From: Eledone cirrhosa
Lineage: Eukaryota
DNA length: 64,000 nucleotides
Direction of reading: 5' to 3'
Assembly (NCBI GenBank): GCA_964016885.1
Contig: OZ024741.1
Span: 186,372,001 to 186,436,000, forward strand
Part shown: positions 41,801 through 56,846 of the stretch, piece by piece
How positions within the stretch are numbered: the stretch's first letter is position 1
How the letters are laid out: every line of letters begins with the position of its first letter
Program-made: the position numbers and the translations under genes
The notes under the pieces: generated by a model
What the model saw: the letters and a program-made list of their open reading frames with translations, nothing else
Told to the model about the DNA's origin: nothing
Database searches by the model: none

Positions 41801-42057
41801 GACGACACAGAAGTCAAGAGTGCGCCTTTTTTCTTTATTTTCCCGTCTGTTTAATTTATTTTTTCTCTCCTCTTTTTTCCTTCCCCAATAACTTACAAAT
41901 GTTATTGACGCACTGGGGATAGACATATGTTCTTTAATGCGTTGAAATGTCTTAGACCCCCACCAGACAACTGAAAAGGGGACCTGTCCCTTGTTTGCGC
42001 TTTCCATTTATTTCTAAATACACTTCATCAGGTAACCACACAGCCCCTTGTACCTTC

Positions 42058-42146
<89 letters not shown>

Positions 42147-42179
42147 GAGTACGGTGCAGAGAGATAGAATGACTAAGAG

Positions 42180-42675
42180 AATAATTGTTTCTACTTTTGG
42201 CACAAGGCCAGCAATTGTCCCAGTGTATTTCTGGTACTTTATTTTATCGAACCCGTAAGGATGAAAGGCAAATTTAACCTCGGCAGGATTTGAACTCAGA
42301 CCATAAAGGGCCGTAACTCTTTGTTGCAAAGCATGGCGGCCAACCCTCTACCGATACTACCAATCCACCGCCCTTGACTAAGAGAATAATGGAGAAAAAG
42401 AGATATAGGTTGTCGAAGAAAATGAGTAACAGCGGTCAGAGTGAATGTATGTGTGTTTGAAAATATGTGGGGGGGGGGGTGTATCCGCAAGACGAAAATA
42501 GCGCTCTCGAGTGAGAGAGACTGCTGAAAGTCGTTGTGTATATATATTTAGATATATAATTGTTTCTATTTTAGGCACAAGGCCAGCAATAAATCAGTAC
42601 ATTACTGGTACTTTATTTTATCGACCCCGTAAGGATGAAAGGCAAAGTTAACCTCGGCGGGATTTGAACTCAGAA
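42180..42675 (-). mobile_element. two abundant SINE copies
   Basis: Cores at 42180-42372 and 42558-42675. Confidence 0.8.
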
Positions 42676-42686
42676 TATAATATAAT

Positions 42687-42755
<69 letters not shown>

Positions 42756-43139
42756 TGGTTTTGTGTGTGCGTATGTGTGTGTGAGTTTATATGTGTCAGT
42801 GAAAGACGTAGTAGATATATATCTGTCAGATGGTTGGCCATTAAAAAGGTCTGTGAGACAGCGAGGTTATTGAGTACAAATGCAGGGGTCAATCGGTACA
42901 TCTGTCTTTGACATTGATTGAAAACTAAATATAAAGAATAATAATAATGTTGAGAGTAGAAACAAATTTAGTGGTGGTGGAGGTGTTGGTGGTGGTGGTG
43001 ATTGGTCGAGGTGGTGATTGGCTAGTAGTGAATGGTCGAGGTGGTGATTGGCTAGTGGTAATTGCGATTTATTGTGATAGTTAGTAGGTGGTACGGCTGT
43101 GTGCTATTGAGTTAAATTGTGTGTCTGTTAAATCAACCG

Positions 43140-43453
43140 TGATAAAGTCGGTGAAGATGGTGATGGTGATGGCGATGATGATGGTGATGGTGATGGTGAT
43201 GATGGTGATGATGGTGATGATGGTGATGATGGTGATGACGACGTCGACGACGATGATGACAACAATTCTGCTTATGAAGATGATGAAGATGATGATGATG
43301 ATGATGATGATGACTACGACGACGACGACGACCACGATGACAATGATGATGATGATGATGATGCGGGAGGAGGAGGAGGATGAGGATGAGGGGGGGGGGG
43401 GGGTGATGACGATGATGACGACGATGGCGACGAGAATGACGACAAACCTGCCT

Positions 43454-43488
<35 letters not shown>

Positions 43489-43661
43489 GAAGACTACAAT
43501 TCTGCTTATGATGATGATGACTACGACGACGACGACGATGATGATGATGATGATAATGATGATGACGACGACGACAATTATGCTTATGATGATGATGATG
43601 ATCATGGTGACAACGATGACGACCACGACGACGACCACCACGACGATGATAATGAGGATGT

Positions 43662-43696
<35 letters not shown>

Positions 43697-43721
43697 ATGT
43701 TTATGTCGATGACAACGATGG

Positions 43722-43759
<38 letters not shown>

Positions 43760-43834
43760 ATGTTTATGTCGATGACAACGATGGTGATGATGATGATGAT
43801 GATTATGTTTATGTCGATGACAACGATGGTGATG

Positions 43835-43866
<32 letters not shown>

Positions 43867-43910
43867 GATGATAATGTTGGTAATGATGACAACGACGATG
43901 ATGTTGATTA
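43140..43910. repeat. imperfect (GAT)n/(GAC)n trinucleotide array with higher-order units
   Basis: GATTATGTTTATGTCGATGACAACGATGGT repeated three times; ACAATTCTGCTTATGA repeated twice, plus variants. Confidence 0.95.
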
Positions 43911-44284
43911 TGAATCAATGTTGTCAAGTAAGAAGCATATGTTAATAGTAGTTTGTTGGTTTTGCAAATGGAAGGTGATGTGGTGGTTGAAGGGTATGAT
44001 AACATCTGTTTCACTGACTATAAAACTGATATTTAACACAGCAACATATGAACAGACGCCAATATTGATAATCATAGTTATCGATTTCTAACACAGAAAA
44101 AAACAAAAACAAGGCTATAAGTTGTCAATGATAGTGGTGGGTATTGTCGATTATATCGATCCCTGGAAAGATGAAAGGTAACATCCAACCCCGCTGGGTT
44201 TTGTAGAGAGAACTTAAAGAGACGTACCACATAATATTTCTTTCGTTGCACGCTCGCTTTCTCTAAATTCACACCACAGTAAAT

Positions 44285-44830
44285 AATTGTTTATAAATTT
44301 GGCACAAGGCCAGCTATTAATCCAATGTATTACTGGTACTTTATGTTATCGACCTCCTAAGGATGAAAGGCAAAGTTAACATCGGCGGGATTTGAAATCA
44401 GACCATAAAGGGCCGTAACTCTTTGCTTCAAAGCATGGTGTCCGACCCTCTATCGATACTGCCAATAAATAATGGTTTCTTATATAGGCACAAGGCCAGT
44501 AATTTGGGAGGAGGGGAAAGTCGATTTAATCGACTCCAGTGCGTGACTGGTACTTTATTTTATCGACCCCATAATGATGAAAGGCAAAGTTAACCTCGGC
44601 GGGATTTGAACTCAGATCATAAAGAGCCGTAACTCTATGCTGCAAAGTATGGCGTCCGACCCTCTATCGATACTGCCAATAAATAATAACAATAGTTTGT
44701 GATTTAGACACAAGGCCAAGAATTTTGGTGGAGAGTACAGTCAATTAAATTAACCCCTGTGAGTTACTAGTACTTTATTTTATCGACCCCGTAAGAATGA
44801 AAGGCAAAGTCAACCTCTGCGGGATGTGAA
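44285..44830 (-). mobile_element. head-to-tail cluster of three abundant SINE copies
   Basis: CACAAGGCCA starts at ~44303, 44489 and 44709, each followed by the core. Confidence 0.85.
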
Positions 44831-46387
44831 TAATAATTTTATTTTACTATTAACTCACTTCAAATGGTTTTTATCGTTTCTGAGTAGATAAAAAATTACC
44901 TTTGAAGGGCAGAAGATTGAAGGGATGGTTAGAGTATCGGTGTAGATGCCTTGTGGTATATGTTATGACTCTTTGTGTTCTGAATTATGGAGGCGTAAAC
45001 ATAAAATCGTCACCTGGTCTTTCACCATGACCAGCTCCTTAGGTGCCTGTAACAAAGTCGATTCTCTAAAAATCATGTGGGTCAAGATAAGATCAACAAT
45101 AACAATACAACAGCCAATTTCAAAAGACTTGGTGAGTATATTTGATAGGAACCCTCCTAAAATAGCCCCAGTTTATTTAAAGCAAAACCTGTATCAAATA
45201 AATCAACAACCGTTTCATTGATACATATGAAATAATAGATAGCAATCACATCTTCGACACATTGATACACAATATACAATAAAGAGCAACATCATAACAG
45301 CAAGACGTAATGGTGGAGTTTTAAAGAACACAAAGGTGGTATTAACATTGTTAATAAAGACACATAATAGATACATGATACATAAATAATAAGGAAAATA
45401 TCGAACAACGATGTAACAGCAAAAAATATCGAGTGAGGTCTAAAAAGTATGATGAAAAATAACAATATATGCATATAAAAATAATAATGATAAAGAAAAA
45501 TAATAAGAAAAATATCCCCAACATGGCGGTTGCAACTACATGGGTTGATTTGGGTCAGACCATTTGAAACCCTAAAATATCATGACACTGCAAATGCCTA
45601 CAACCAGATCACGCCGCCATTTTACGGCCACAGGTCGCGGAAATATTTAGTCATGCCAAATTCACTACCTTTACAAAACATTCAGAAGATTTAATGGAGG
45701 GCAACAAATTACTCTCTACTTACGATATATGTACGATGGTCTAAGTTGATAGCCGGATCTATCCAACATGTGGGGAATGCAATTCAATGATAGCATCACA
45801 GGCCTATTATCAAAGTTTACTGAATCATGATAATATCTTTTTTTGTTCTTTGTTTTAGTTCATATTGTTTTGTACATTGAAAAAAATAAAATGAAGAATT
45901 AAAAAAAGCGTTCACTGGAGGCTTGTCGAGTTTGTTTAGAACAAGTTTGTATCCCCTTTCAGACATACTGCGCTGTTCGGAATATCATCCGTCTCTAGGG
46001 ACTCCACAGTTGGTTACTGTTGTTATTTAACATCAAGTCAGCTCTGACTGTAGAGATCAGTTATCAGTCTTTTCCAATCTGTTCTATTTTTGCGCTGTTT
46101 ATCGAGTAATATATTATCGAATGTACCCCTTCTTACATGCAACGTGAGAATATGATTCGAGCTAAACTTTAATCATATTTTTAGCAGGAAGAGCGATCAT
46201 ACAAAGGTGGTGGCCTCGTTTGTAAAACTGGATATTGATACTACTGCTGCGTTTGGTTTTATTGTTGTTATTTTCACACTGATCAACTCTGATCGAGTAG
46301 ACGTATTAAATGGGTTTCCATCGTGACTATTCCGTTTTGAATGAAAAACAATCGTGTATTTTTGACAATATTACTCATATTAATAAT

Positions 46388-46565
46388 AGTTGTTTCTATT
46401 GTTGGCACAAGGCCAGCAATTAAGCAGTGCATTACTGGTACTTTATTTTATCGACCCCGTAAGGATGAAAGGCAAAGTTAACTTCGGTGGGATTTGAACT
46501 CAGACCGTAAAGGAACGTAACTATGCTGGAAAGCATGGCGTCCGACCCTCTACCGATACTGCTAA
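46388..46565 (-). mobile_element. abundant SINE copy
   Basis: Core as above. Confidence 0.8.
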
Positions 46566-47569
46566 TTCATATTAATAATAGTATTGGTTTGGTTGTGCTG
46601 TTCAAAAGAATTGGCTGCATTTTCTTGCAGCTCAGGAATCCACAGAGCTTTGTACTGCATCGTATAGTTCTATGGCTTTTTAATAAGCCTTGGCAGCACT
46701 ACAAGACCAGGAAATCTTAGAACACTTCTATGATTCTTGTCCTGAAAAATCGTCGTAAAAGTGTATAAATAGCGTTTCATACTGAGCCCGAGAATAAAGC
46801 TAAGCCTTAATCTGTCAGTTCATTTCCTCTTGATACTGCTTTCAGTAACACACTAACATGCAGTGAAATTCAATATTTCACTAACATTCGCGGTGTACGT
46901 TTAATAACTCTTGAAATGACAGGTGTTCATTTTTATCGATCCTGATCCACGACTCCAGGTATTTTGTGTATATGAGAAGAGGGAAAAGAATACTCATTTA
47001 GAAATCGTGTCCTTACACCTGTTACAGTTGACATGTCGAGATCTATACCAAGAGTAGATACCACCAATGAATGGACGTTCTGGCAAATGTCGCACCAGAC
47101 TGTAAACTCTGTCTTTGAATTTGATCATATAACTCACATAGTAATAGCTACTATTGTTTCTCCTCTATAGTTATTACCGTTTATATAGAGTTAGACTCAT
47201 TAGTGGTTAGCTATAGAAGTGACTACATGAGAATAAACCAGAATATGGTGAATACAATGCAAGTGAGTGGAGACAACTACCTAAAGTAATTATTATATAA
47301 ATATTGAAAACAAGTAAACATCGCGTGAGTAATGACAACTGTTTCAACAAAATACTACAATTGATAGATATCGACTGTCTCTTAAAACAAATGCGAATTC
47401 GAATGAGCAAAAAAGTAACATTTTTCCATGATCTTTTCACTTGTTTCAATCATTAATCTTTACGACAAACCTGAAAACACACCTGAACAAATATTAATAA
47501 GGAACACAAGAACCAGGACACTTATTTGGGTGTCAATTCAGACCATTCCAGTACTCACTAATTTTTTTT

Positions 47570-47785
47570 TGTCGATCGAGTTTCGTCAAATCGGACCGAG
47601 GAAACAATGTTTCCGTTGGTCTTTCCAATTGCTAATACTATCTAACGGTCGCAAATCCAGGTAGAAGGAGCAACGTGACATAAAGTGTCTTGCTCAAGGA
47701 CATAACGCATCGCCTGGTCCAGGAATCGAACTGACAACCTCACGATTGCGAATCCAGTTCTCTAAGCAATCAGCCACACACCTTC
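47570..47785 (-). mobile_element. tRNA-derived SINE
   Basis: Reverse complement of 16037-16250. Confidence 0.85.
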
Positions 47786-47819
47786 ACTAATATCACCAAG
47801 TCAGAAATATTTCGTAGGG

Positions 47820-48235
47820 CGTGGAAGAGAATCGATTTTATCGATTCCAGGGCTTCATTAGTACTTCATTTCATCGACCCCAGAAGGCTGAAAATCTAAG
47901 TTAATCTACGTGAGATATGAACTCAACACGTAGCGAGACGTAACTGAATGCCGCAAAGCAATTTGTCCGACGCTCTATCGATTCTGCCACGTTACCGCCT
48001 TCATCTATTATCGTTAATAATGGTTTCTTATATAGGCACAATGCCAGCAATTGGGGGAGGGTAAAGTCGATTAAATCGACCCCAGTGCGTGACTGGTACT
48101 TTATTTTATCGAACCCGTAAGGATGAAATGGAAAGTCAACCTCGGCGGGATTTGAACTCCGATCATAAAGGGCCCTACCTCTATGCTGCAAAGCATGGTG
48201 TCCGACCCTCTACTGATACTGCCAATCGACCGCTC
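47820..48235 (-). mobile_element. two tandem abundant SINE copies
   Basis: Cores at 47820-48000 and 48020-48235. Confidence 0.8.
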
Positions 48236-49030
48236 TACTATTATCATTAATAATAAAATCTAAAAAGACAAAATATGCAATGTCTAATCAGTTATAGCAA
48301 ACTGGGTATTTGATTGGTAATGTATTTAATTAATTCCAGAAGAGCCTAGAGGCATTTCAACTTAGAACCTAATGGGACATATATAATTTTGTTGTACTTT
48401 GTTCCTAATTTTCGAAAAAATGTATAATACTATTTTTTTTTAAATTGTTTTTTAGTATTTAGCCTCAAGACTGGGTTAGGCCAACAGGCGTGTTATCAAG
48501 AATAAGGTTGAGAGTAAATACACCAGGAAATGTATACTAAATTTTAATATTCAAGTCTTTTCAACACACTGTTATACATATAATTACCTATGGTCAGTAG
48601 TGGTCTCACGCTGACTATCGCCTTTGAGTTATTTGTATGTTTGTTTTTGTTCTTTCTTTATGTCAGGGACCACAATGTTCAAAGTATCATTGAGTATTTC
48701 AGAGCGTATCATGTTTACAACAGCGTAAAATCTATAGGAATTCGCTTATATATATTTAATATAGTATAGTAGATTTTATGGATTTCCTTTGTACTTCCAT
48801 TGCTCTAGTCATTGTACTATTTGGCTTTGCCAATGCTGAGACACTAGCTTCAAAGCTTTAGTTCATCATAATGACCCCTACCTCCCGCGTCTCATTTCAA
48901 TAACTCTAGGTATAAAATAAATACATCATATATATATATATATATATATATAAATAGGAAAAAGTATGACCCCGACAGCAGAGCTCAAGCCGTGTCGACG
49001 GCTATCTGGTTCCTTACCACAATTCCTTCG

Positions 49031-49114
<84 letters not shown>

Positions 49115-49507
49115 CTGTTTCTACTTTGGCACAAGGCCAACAATTGCCAGTGTATTACTGGTACTATATTTTATCGACACCGTAAGGATGAAAGACAAAG
49201 TTAACCTCGGCATGATTGAACTAAGAACGGAAAGGGCCCTAACTCTCTATATATATATATAATGATAAAAAGGACGAAGTGTTAGATATTCAGATCTTCA
49301 TTATGCTTATTGAGGTGTGACGCGCGTGTCACGGTTGATCAGCTGAAGGCTTGATCTGTATCGATCTGGCCTAAGTCTAGAATCAAAAGCTCGTCGTACA
49401 TACACTACGTTAATGAGTGCTCACTCTGCTGAACTTACAATCCTTGACTTTATACGTAGCTGGTACCCCACCATGGCCTCGGCCGGATGGCTAGAACAGG
49501 GGAAAGA

Positions 49508-49540
<33 letters not shown>

Positions 49541-49541
<1 letters not shown>

Positions 49542-52500
49542 TAGCAGAAGTACCCGGTGTTGCCCAGGTGTAAGTCGACCTTTGCTCTGTTGTTAAAATG
49601 TGTGAAAGTTACTTCCCGCGCATCACAAGTGCAAAAACCTTCGAACCTCAAGGAAAAAAACAGAGATTAGTAGGCGCAGGTGTGTAATTGAGCATAAATA
49701 ATGGATCAATTGTAGGTACAGGGTGTATCGTTGAAATTGTTCTTTGCACGACTGACGGAAGTGAAATACACTTGAAATTGAATTTTCAGTTGATTTTTAA
49801 AGCAAGGGGAAAAAGTCGATTTTATCATTTTTTTTTCTACAATGTGCAGAAGAAGAAATAAATGGGACTTTATCTGAACTTTTGCGACAGTTTTCAAGAA
49901 AATCGGACGTTCCTGTAAAAAGTTTTCCCATGTGCAACTTTGCCTTGTTTTTTGCGCAAAGTCGAACCCCCGCTTCAGTTTTATTGATTTTACATGAATG
50001 TGTTACCTCTGAAGTAGATTTGAGTAGCTAAAACCCTGTCCCGGTAAATTTGCTATAGGTGAAAAAAAGTTGATCAAAATTGTGTCTAGGTTTATTGCCC
50101 TTTGCAACAGCCTCAACGTGTCTTCAAGTATGGTTTGTTAATTTGTTGTAGAACTAAATCGACTTTCGTCAAATCGGACCGAGGAAACAATGTTTCTATT
50201 TGTCTTTCTAGCTGGTGTACCCGGTTACACTCGGGGTTATAAGGCGCTGTATTTAAACGGGTCTGCGCCAATTTCCAGCAGGATGCTTTAACCGAAATAA
50301 ATGAAGAACAAACGTTTCCTTTTGTGCTCCAATCTGTAATATTGGTATTTTGAAAAAATAGTCCATAAACATCCATGGAGTATGTGTAACGCATGTATCA
50401 GGTTATGAGAAAAAGGGTTTTCGATTCTCCATTCATAAGATACCAAAAAATTGCACGCAAAGAAACCGGCATTTTAAGGCACTACCCAATTCATAGCTGA
50501 AAGGTAAGAATCAAGTGGAATAATGTTTTGCGACATTGTCAAATGTACAACCGTATAAAAGCAAAGGTTACAGCCATTGAAATCTAGGTAGACCAAAGAA
50601 TTTGGTGGGGTTGTATATCAGAGGATTGTTTTCCTTGTGATTCGCGTTTGGCCTACAAAGTAAAGTTAGATGATTGTAGTCGGTGTTGTATCAATAAAAA
50701 AATAAAAGCATACGGAAGACCGCACACTTACGAATTAAGTGAAAATAACGTTGATATTATTATCGAAGCGACATGTGAGGAAAAACCCGACGGACTGTTG
50801 TGTCAATATTGAAATCGTAGAAATTGCGAATCACGACCTCTAAGATGTAATGAATAGGCCTTGGTGCTGAAGAGGAAGAATTGATACAATTGTTTTGCTG
50901 AACATGTTGACCATTAATTTAAATAGACTTACGCAGCATCATCGTGCGGTTTTGTTGTTTACGGCCTAGAATGAGGGCCGGTTAAACGCGGCAGAAAAAT
51001 AATCCATTCTGATGATGTTTAGGGGCATCGCAAGGAATAGATGCGGCGTTGTGAGTCAATTGTGAGGACAGTGGAAGGAACGCTGATCGCTTGAGAAGAC
51101 GCGATGCTACACAGGATGCTTCTCGGCCATAATTGACAGAAAGGCAGGTCAGGAGAAATGAAAGAGTTGCTATTCATCCTTTGCTTAGCATGATGAACAT
51201 GTAATTATAAAGATTTACCATGGGCTATCGTGCACGTTGGTATTGGGTTTAGCCTGCGAAAATCGGTTGACAAATGGGACAAAAATAAGCCATGCTGATG
51301 ACGTTTAAGCGGGTGGCAAGGAATTGATGCGGCATAGATAGCCATGGGAGTCTTGAAGGAGCACGGAGGTCAGGCAAAAGAAAGGGACGAGGAGGGATGG
51401 TGGCTGACAGTGCATGGATGCGGCATCCTAAGGCATGACGATGCAGTGGGACGACGGCCAGCAGGAAAGGAAGAGGGCAGGGGTGGACGGTGGCAAGGAT
51501 GCCGCATGGTGAGCCATGGAAGTCTTGAAGGAGCACTGCGGGCAGGCAAAAGAAAGGGCCGAAGAGGGGATGGCGGCTGACAGAGCATTGAGGCGGCATG
51601 GTGATGCATGACGAAGGCGTGCAGAGAACGGAGAGGGCAGGGATGCAACTTGGTCCATCAAGACTGCCATGCCTAGGCAGTGGAAAGGGTCTGGGAGTGG
51701 ATGGCGGCTGACAGGGCAGGGTGCATGGCGCCTGACAGGGCGTGGATGCGGCATGCCAATTGGGTTGCACCTCAGGAATGTAGAGAGCACCGGGAGGCAC
51801 GATGATTGTTTGAGAAAACCGGGTGCAAGCAAGATGTTTATCGGCTATACATGGTCGGTAGGCTTTGGAGGAGAAAGGGATGAATTTTTGTTTAATTTTG
51901 TTAAATATGGTCAAAATGAATGTAAAAGGACTTACACAGGATCGTCTTCATGTTCGGTGCTCTCTTTGGTCTGAGATAATGGGCGGTTATGTGCGGCGCA
52001 GGAATAAACCATGCTGATGACATTTGAGCAAGTTGCTGACAGGGCAGGAATCCCGCATGGTGAGCCATGCCAGTCGTGAGGGATCAAGGCGTGCGGTCAA
52101 GGGGGAGGGCAGAGGTTGACGGTGGCAGGAATGCGGCTTGGTTAGGCATGGCAGTCTTGAAGGAGCAAGGCGGGCAGGCAAAATAAAGAGCTGTGGATGG
52201 GATGGCGGCTGACAGATATTGGATGCGTCATGGTGAAGCATAACGATGCAGTGGGTCGACGGCGTGCAGGGAAGGGAGAATGCCGGGATTGACGGTTGCA
52301 TGGATACCGCACGGAGATCCATGGCACTCGTGAAGGACCAAGGCGTGCGGGTAAGGGAGAGGGTAGGGGAGGGCATGGTGGCTGAAAGAGCATGGATGCG
52401 GCATGGTGTGGCATGACGATGCAGTGGGACGACGGCGTACAGGGAAGGGAGAGGGCAGGACTTGATGGTGACATAGATGCGGCTTCGTTAAGCATGGCAG

Positions 52501-53686
52501 TCTTGAAGGAGCACGGCGGGCAGGCAAATGAAAGGGCTGAGGAGGGGATGGTGGCCGACAGGGCAGTAATGCGGCATGGTGAGGCATGACGATGCAGTGG
52601 GACGACGGCCTGCAGGGAAGAGATAGGGAAGGGGTGTGCGGTGGCAGGGATGTGGCTTTGTCAGGCATGGACGTCTTGAGCTCTCACGGAGTGTAGGCAA
52701 TGGAAATGGGCAGGGGTGGACGCTGGCAGGGATTCGGCATATTGAGCTGTGGATGTCCTTAGGGACCACGGAGGACAGGCAATGGAAAGGGCTGGGGAAT
52801 GAATTGCGGCTGACAGGACAGAGATGCGCATGGTGATGCACAACGATGCAGGGGGTCGACAGCGTGCAGGGAAGGGAGAGGGCAGGGGTTGACGGATGCC
52901 TCATTATGCTACGGTAGTGGGACCACGGGAATGAAGAGAGCGCATGGAGGCACGATGATCGCTTGAGAAGACTGGGCGCAATACAGGATGATGCGGGTGG
53001 TATAGTCTTGATAGTCCTTATATAAGAAATGGAAGAATCGGCATAGAAGGTTTGCTGAATATGGTGAGCGTTAATTTAAAGAGTCTTACAGTGGATAATC
53101 CTGATAGATTGAACGTTTTTTGCATGGCGGGAGTCGCGACAAATGGAAGCGGGAAGAATGGCGTTTTTCGGTTACCGGATTTTTGCTTCTGGGAGTCAAA
53201 TTATCGAAAAAAATTTGAAAATTCCAAGTACCGCACACTGATCCCCATATCAAAGTACATACCTACGCCAAATTTCATTGGAATCGGACAAATTTCGTAA
53301 ATATCGATGTTTGCCTCTGGTGATCCAATTATCGAATTTTCGAAAATTTAATGTAACCCACGTTCACCCCCCGATCAAAATACACTCTTGCGTCGAGTTT
53401 CATCGAAATCGAACGATTTTTGAAAATATCGACTTTTGATTTATGGGGGCCCGATCATTCAAGTAGCCTATTCCAATCTACGGGTCGAGTTTTATATATG
53501 TGACAAGTTTCATGAAAATCGGATGAACGGTGTCGCCTGCAAGTCCGGGACACCAAACGAACAAACAAACAAACAACGTTTTTTGAAATATCCAGTTCTG
53601 CGTTTACAGATTGACTTTGTTAGTTTCAGAAGATCCGTTAAGGGTGAAAGCAGCGATTCTTTGCTTAAACTTTAATCTGTTATTTA

Positions 53687-53690
<4 letters not shown>
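49541..53690 (-). mobile_element. non-autonomous Helitron-like element with internal GC-rich tandem arrays
   Basis: Minus-strand 3' end CCTGGGCAACACCGGGTACTTCTGCTAG (hairpin plus CTAG) at 49541-49568; other end has AAATTTCAT..AATCGG repeats and (ACAA)n, as in Helitron-N 5' regions; TA runs on both sides. Confidence 0.65.
51280..53000. repeat. GC-rich higher-order minisatellite (~85/170-bp units) in two blocks
   Basis: Recurrent GTCTTGAAGGAGCAC..GGCAGGCAAA and GCATGACGATGCAGTGGGACGACGGC; both blocks start with CCATGCTGATGAC and end with GGAGGCACGATGAT..TTGAGAA. Confidence 0.85.
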
Positions 53691-53757
<67 letters not shown>

Positions 53758-53761
<4 letters not shown>

Positions 53762-54345
53762 ATGTTGAAAAGGAAACACACTAGAGAGAGATAGTGCGCC
53801 ATCAGTAAAACAGGGAAAAACCATAACCTATGAAAACCATAATCTATAACCTATGAAAGGCAGGGTAGACACACTTTAATTAAAAATATAAATTAAACTG
53901 TATATACAAACCTCTATAACTATATAACACACACGTATAAATACAAAGATATCTGTTTCGCCAATAATTTGTTAACAGAAATAAATAGCCCATCGTTCAT
54001 CAGCGTGTGTAAGGCCATACATTACAGACAACTCTAAGGGAATTTATAGCGACTGTCCAGCTAAACGTGGGAGAGAGAAGTCACGGCGTGTTTAGGGCAA
54101 GGAACCAGTGGTGTCTGTTATATAATTATAGAGATTTGTATATACACTTTAATTTATATTTTTAATTACCGTGAGTCTGCCTTGCCTTTCATAGGTTATA
54201 GATTCCATAGACTGGTGGTTTTTCCCCGTTTAATGTGTTACCTTTTCAACATATTGTATTTTAAAGAGCTCAGGATTCCTTCTCCTTTGAGCACATTATT
54301 GACAGGGAATAGCGAGAGTCTATGGCACAGTTAATCTATCGTAAT
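53758..54345. mobile_element. older palindrome plus tail unit with hammerhead
   Basis: Diverged arms 53758-53930 and 54110-54257; tail to ~54345. Confidence 0.8.
53929..54010 (-). ncRNA. degenerate hammerhead motif
   Basis: Minus strand: ACACACG-CTGATGA...TGGC-GAAA...ATA-CGTGTGT; perfect 7-bp stem I, irregular stems II and III. Confidence 0.5.
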
Positions 54346-54362
54346 ATATATATATCGTGATA

Positions 54363-54548
54363 TATATCGATTGGTCTATTTTAGACCATTCAAGAGAATA
54401 CCATAGAGGCAGAAAGAATTGTTCATTGTGCACCACGGAAAAATTTAGAATACTCCAAAATTTGAAAGCCACTTCCACTTGCCTTAACTCCAAGACCGAG
54501 ATATTCAGATGTTGTCCTCATCTAAAATCACATCTACTTTGTAACTAG
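54363..54548 (+). mobile_element. Penelope-like element C-terminal fragment
   Basis: IDWSILDHSREY..KNCSLCTTEKFRI..LNSKTEIFRCCPH; same type as 14791-15009; starts at a TA run. Confidence 0.75.
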
Positions 54549-54858
54549 ATTGCCATTCCTACGTTGACTCAACCACATTGTACTCCTTTACTCATTACGC
54601 CTTACATCCACTACGATTATTATTACTCTCTGAACTCACATTCTTTACCCATATATTCTTTTTGTCCCTCATCTCTTATATTTATATTTTTTCCTATGTT
54701 ATTTATATCTCTGTTGACTTATATTCCACCTACTTTCTACCTTACCCTTTACATTACACCCACCCCTTTTTTATTATAGATATATCTTTCTGTGTGTATG
54801 TATGTATATGTATGTATGTGTATATATATATGTATATGTATATGTATGTGTATGTATG

Positions 54859-54961
<103 letters not shown>

Positions 54962-55056
54962 TTATGCGAGTGTGTAATTTTTGCGCTTGTGTATGTATGT
55001 TTACGTATATGTGTTTGTATGTGTATGTATGTTTATATACATATTTATATATATTA

Positions 55057-55105
<49 letters not shown>

Positions 55106-55164
55106 TATATAAATATATATGTGTATGTGTGTGTGCGTGTGTGTGTGTTGTGCGTGTGCGTTTA

Positions 55165-55197
<33 letters not shown>

Positions 55198-55242
55198 ATA
55201 TAAATATATATATATATATATGTGTATATGTATATGTATGTG

Positions 55243-55284
<42 letters not shown>

Positions 55285-55707
55285 AAGATATTATATATGT
55301 AATATCATTGAATATTTACACCAGGAAAGCTGTATAGTGCACTAAATCAGTTATAAACATTTATATTTTTTTTATATTTGTCGAATTTCCAACTAATTGA
55401 CGACCCCTTCCACTTTTTTATATATATATATGTGTATATATATGTATATATGTGTATGTGCGTGCGTATGTACGTGTACATCTGCGTTTGTGAGTGTATG
55501 TGTATATTTTTATATATAAGTAATTATTTATATATATGTGTGTATGTGGTTGTATGTATTTTTTCTCGTGTATATGTGTGTGTGAATGTATTTATACTTT
55601 TTGAATATGTATATACACCTATATTTGTGTATATGTACCTATACGTGTAGTTGAGAGTATATGCGTGCGTATGTGTGTGTATGCATGTGAGTATATATAT
55701 GTGTGTA

Positions 55708-55778
<71 letters not shown>

Positions 55779-56224
55779 ATGTATGTTTGTATGTATATAC
55801 TTAACTGTGTATATGTTTGTACTGTATATATATATGTGTGTGTATTTCTATGTATGTGTATGTATATGTGTGTGTATACATATGTGTATATATATATATA
55901 TATATACATATATATACATATACATATATATATATACATATATATATTATATATATGTATATATATATATTTATTTTATTTTGTGCATTTGCTTACCACG
56001 TGTGTTTGTTTATTTATTTATTTTTATTTGTGTTTTTTCTTCTTTCGTATCGCTGTCAATTGCTAATTTTTTTATTTTTTATTTTTATATTTGACTTTAT
56101 TTTTTTAATGATTTATCTTGTAACTGCTTATTTTAGTATATGCGCATGGTCGAGTGTGTATATGTTTGTTTATTTAACTTTACTTATTTTTATAATTATG
56201 AGTGTGTGTATATATATATGTATG

Positions 56225-56299
<75 letters not shown>

Positions 56300-56718
56300 G
56301 TGTGTGTGTGTGTGTTTGTGTATTTACGTGTATGCGTATGTATGTTTATATTTATGTGTATGTGTATGTATGATTATATTTATATATATGTATATATATA
56401 TGTGCTTGTGTGTGTGTGTGTTTATATACTTATATATTTATAATCTTTTTTTCTTCTTCCCTGAGCCTCACTTCCATAATTCTTATATTTTTGATTTCAA
56501 ATCCACATTCAATAAAAACACCAGGATTTTTTTCATTCTGACGATTGAAAGCAGATTTGTTTGCTCTCAAGAAACCACTGGTAAATGAAATAATTATCTC
56601 GTGTAGTTTATTACATAACTCATAAGCTCTGTAACCTACATAGAGCACTCTTTTTCCTGGACCTTTCCGACGGAATTACTTATTCCATACATATATATAT
56701 ATATATATATATACAAAG

Positions 56719-56846
<128 letters not shown>

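Noticed and set aside
43081-44014. Long poly-Met and poly-His ORFs (285 and 293 aa)
   Set aside because: Products of the (GAT)n array, open in several frames on both strands; no domain or splice evidence
51249-52904. Pro/Cys/His-rich ORFs, or a CRISPR-like array
   Set aside because: Overlapping ORFs arise from a GC-rich tandem repeat; there are no unique spacers and no cas genes, and the context is eukaryotic
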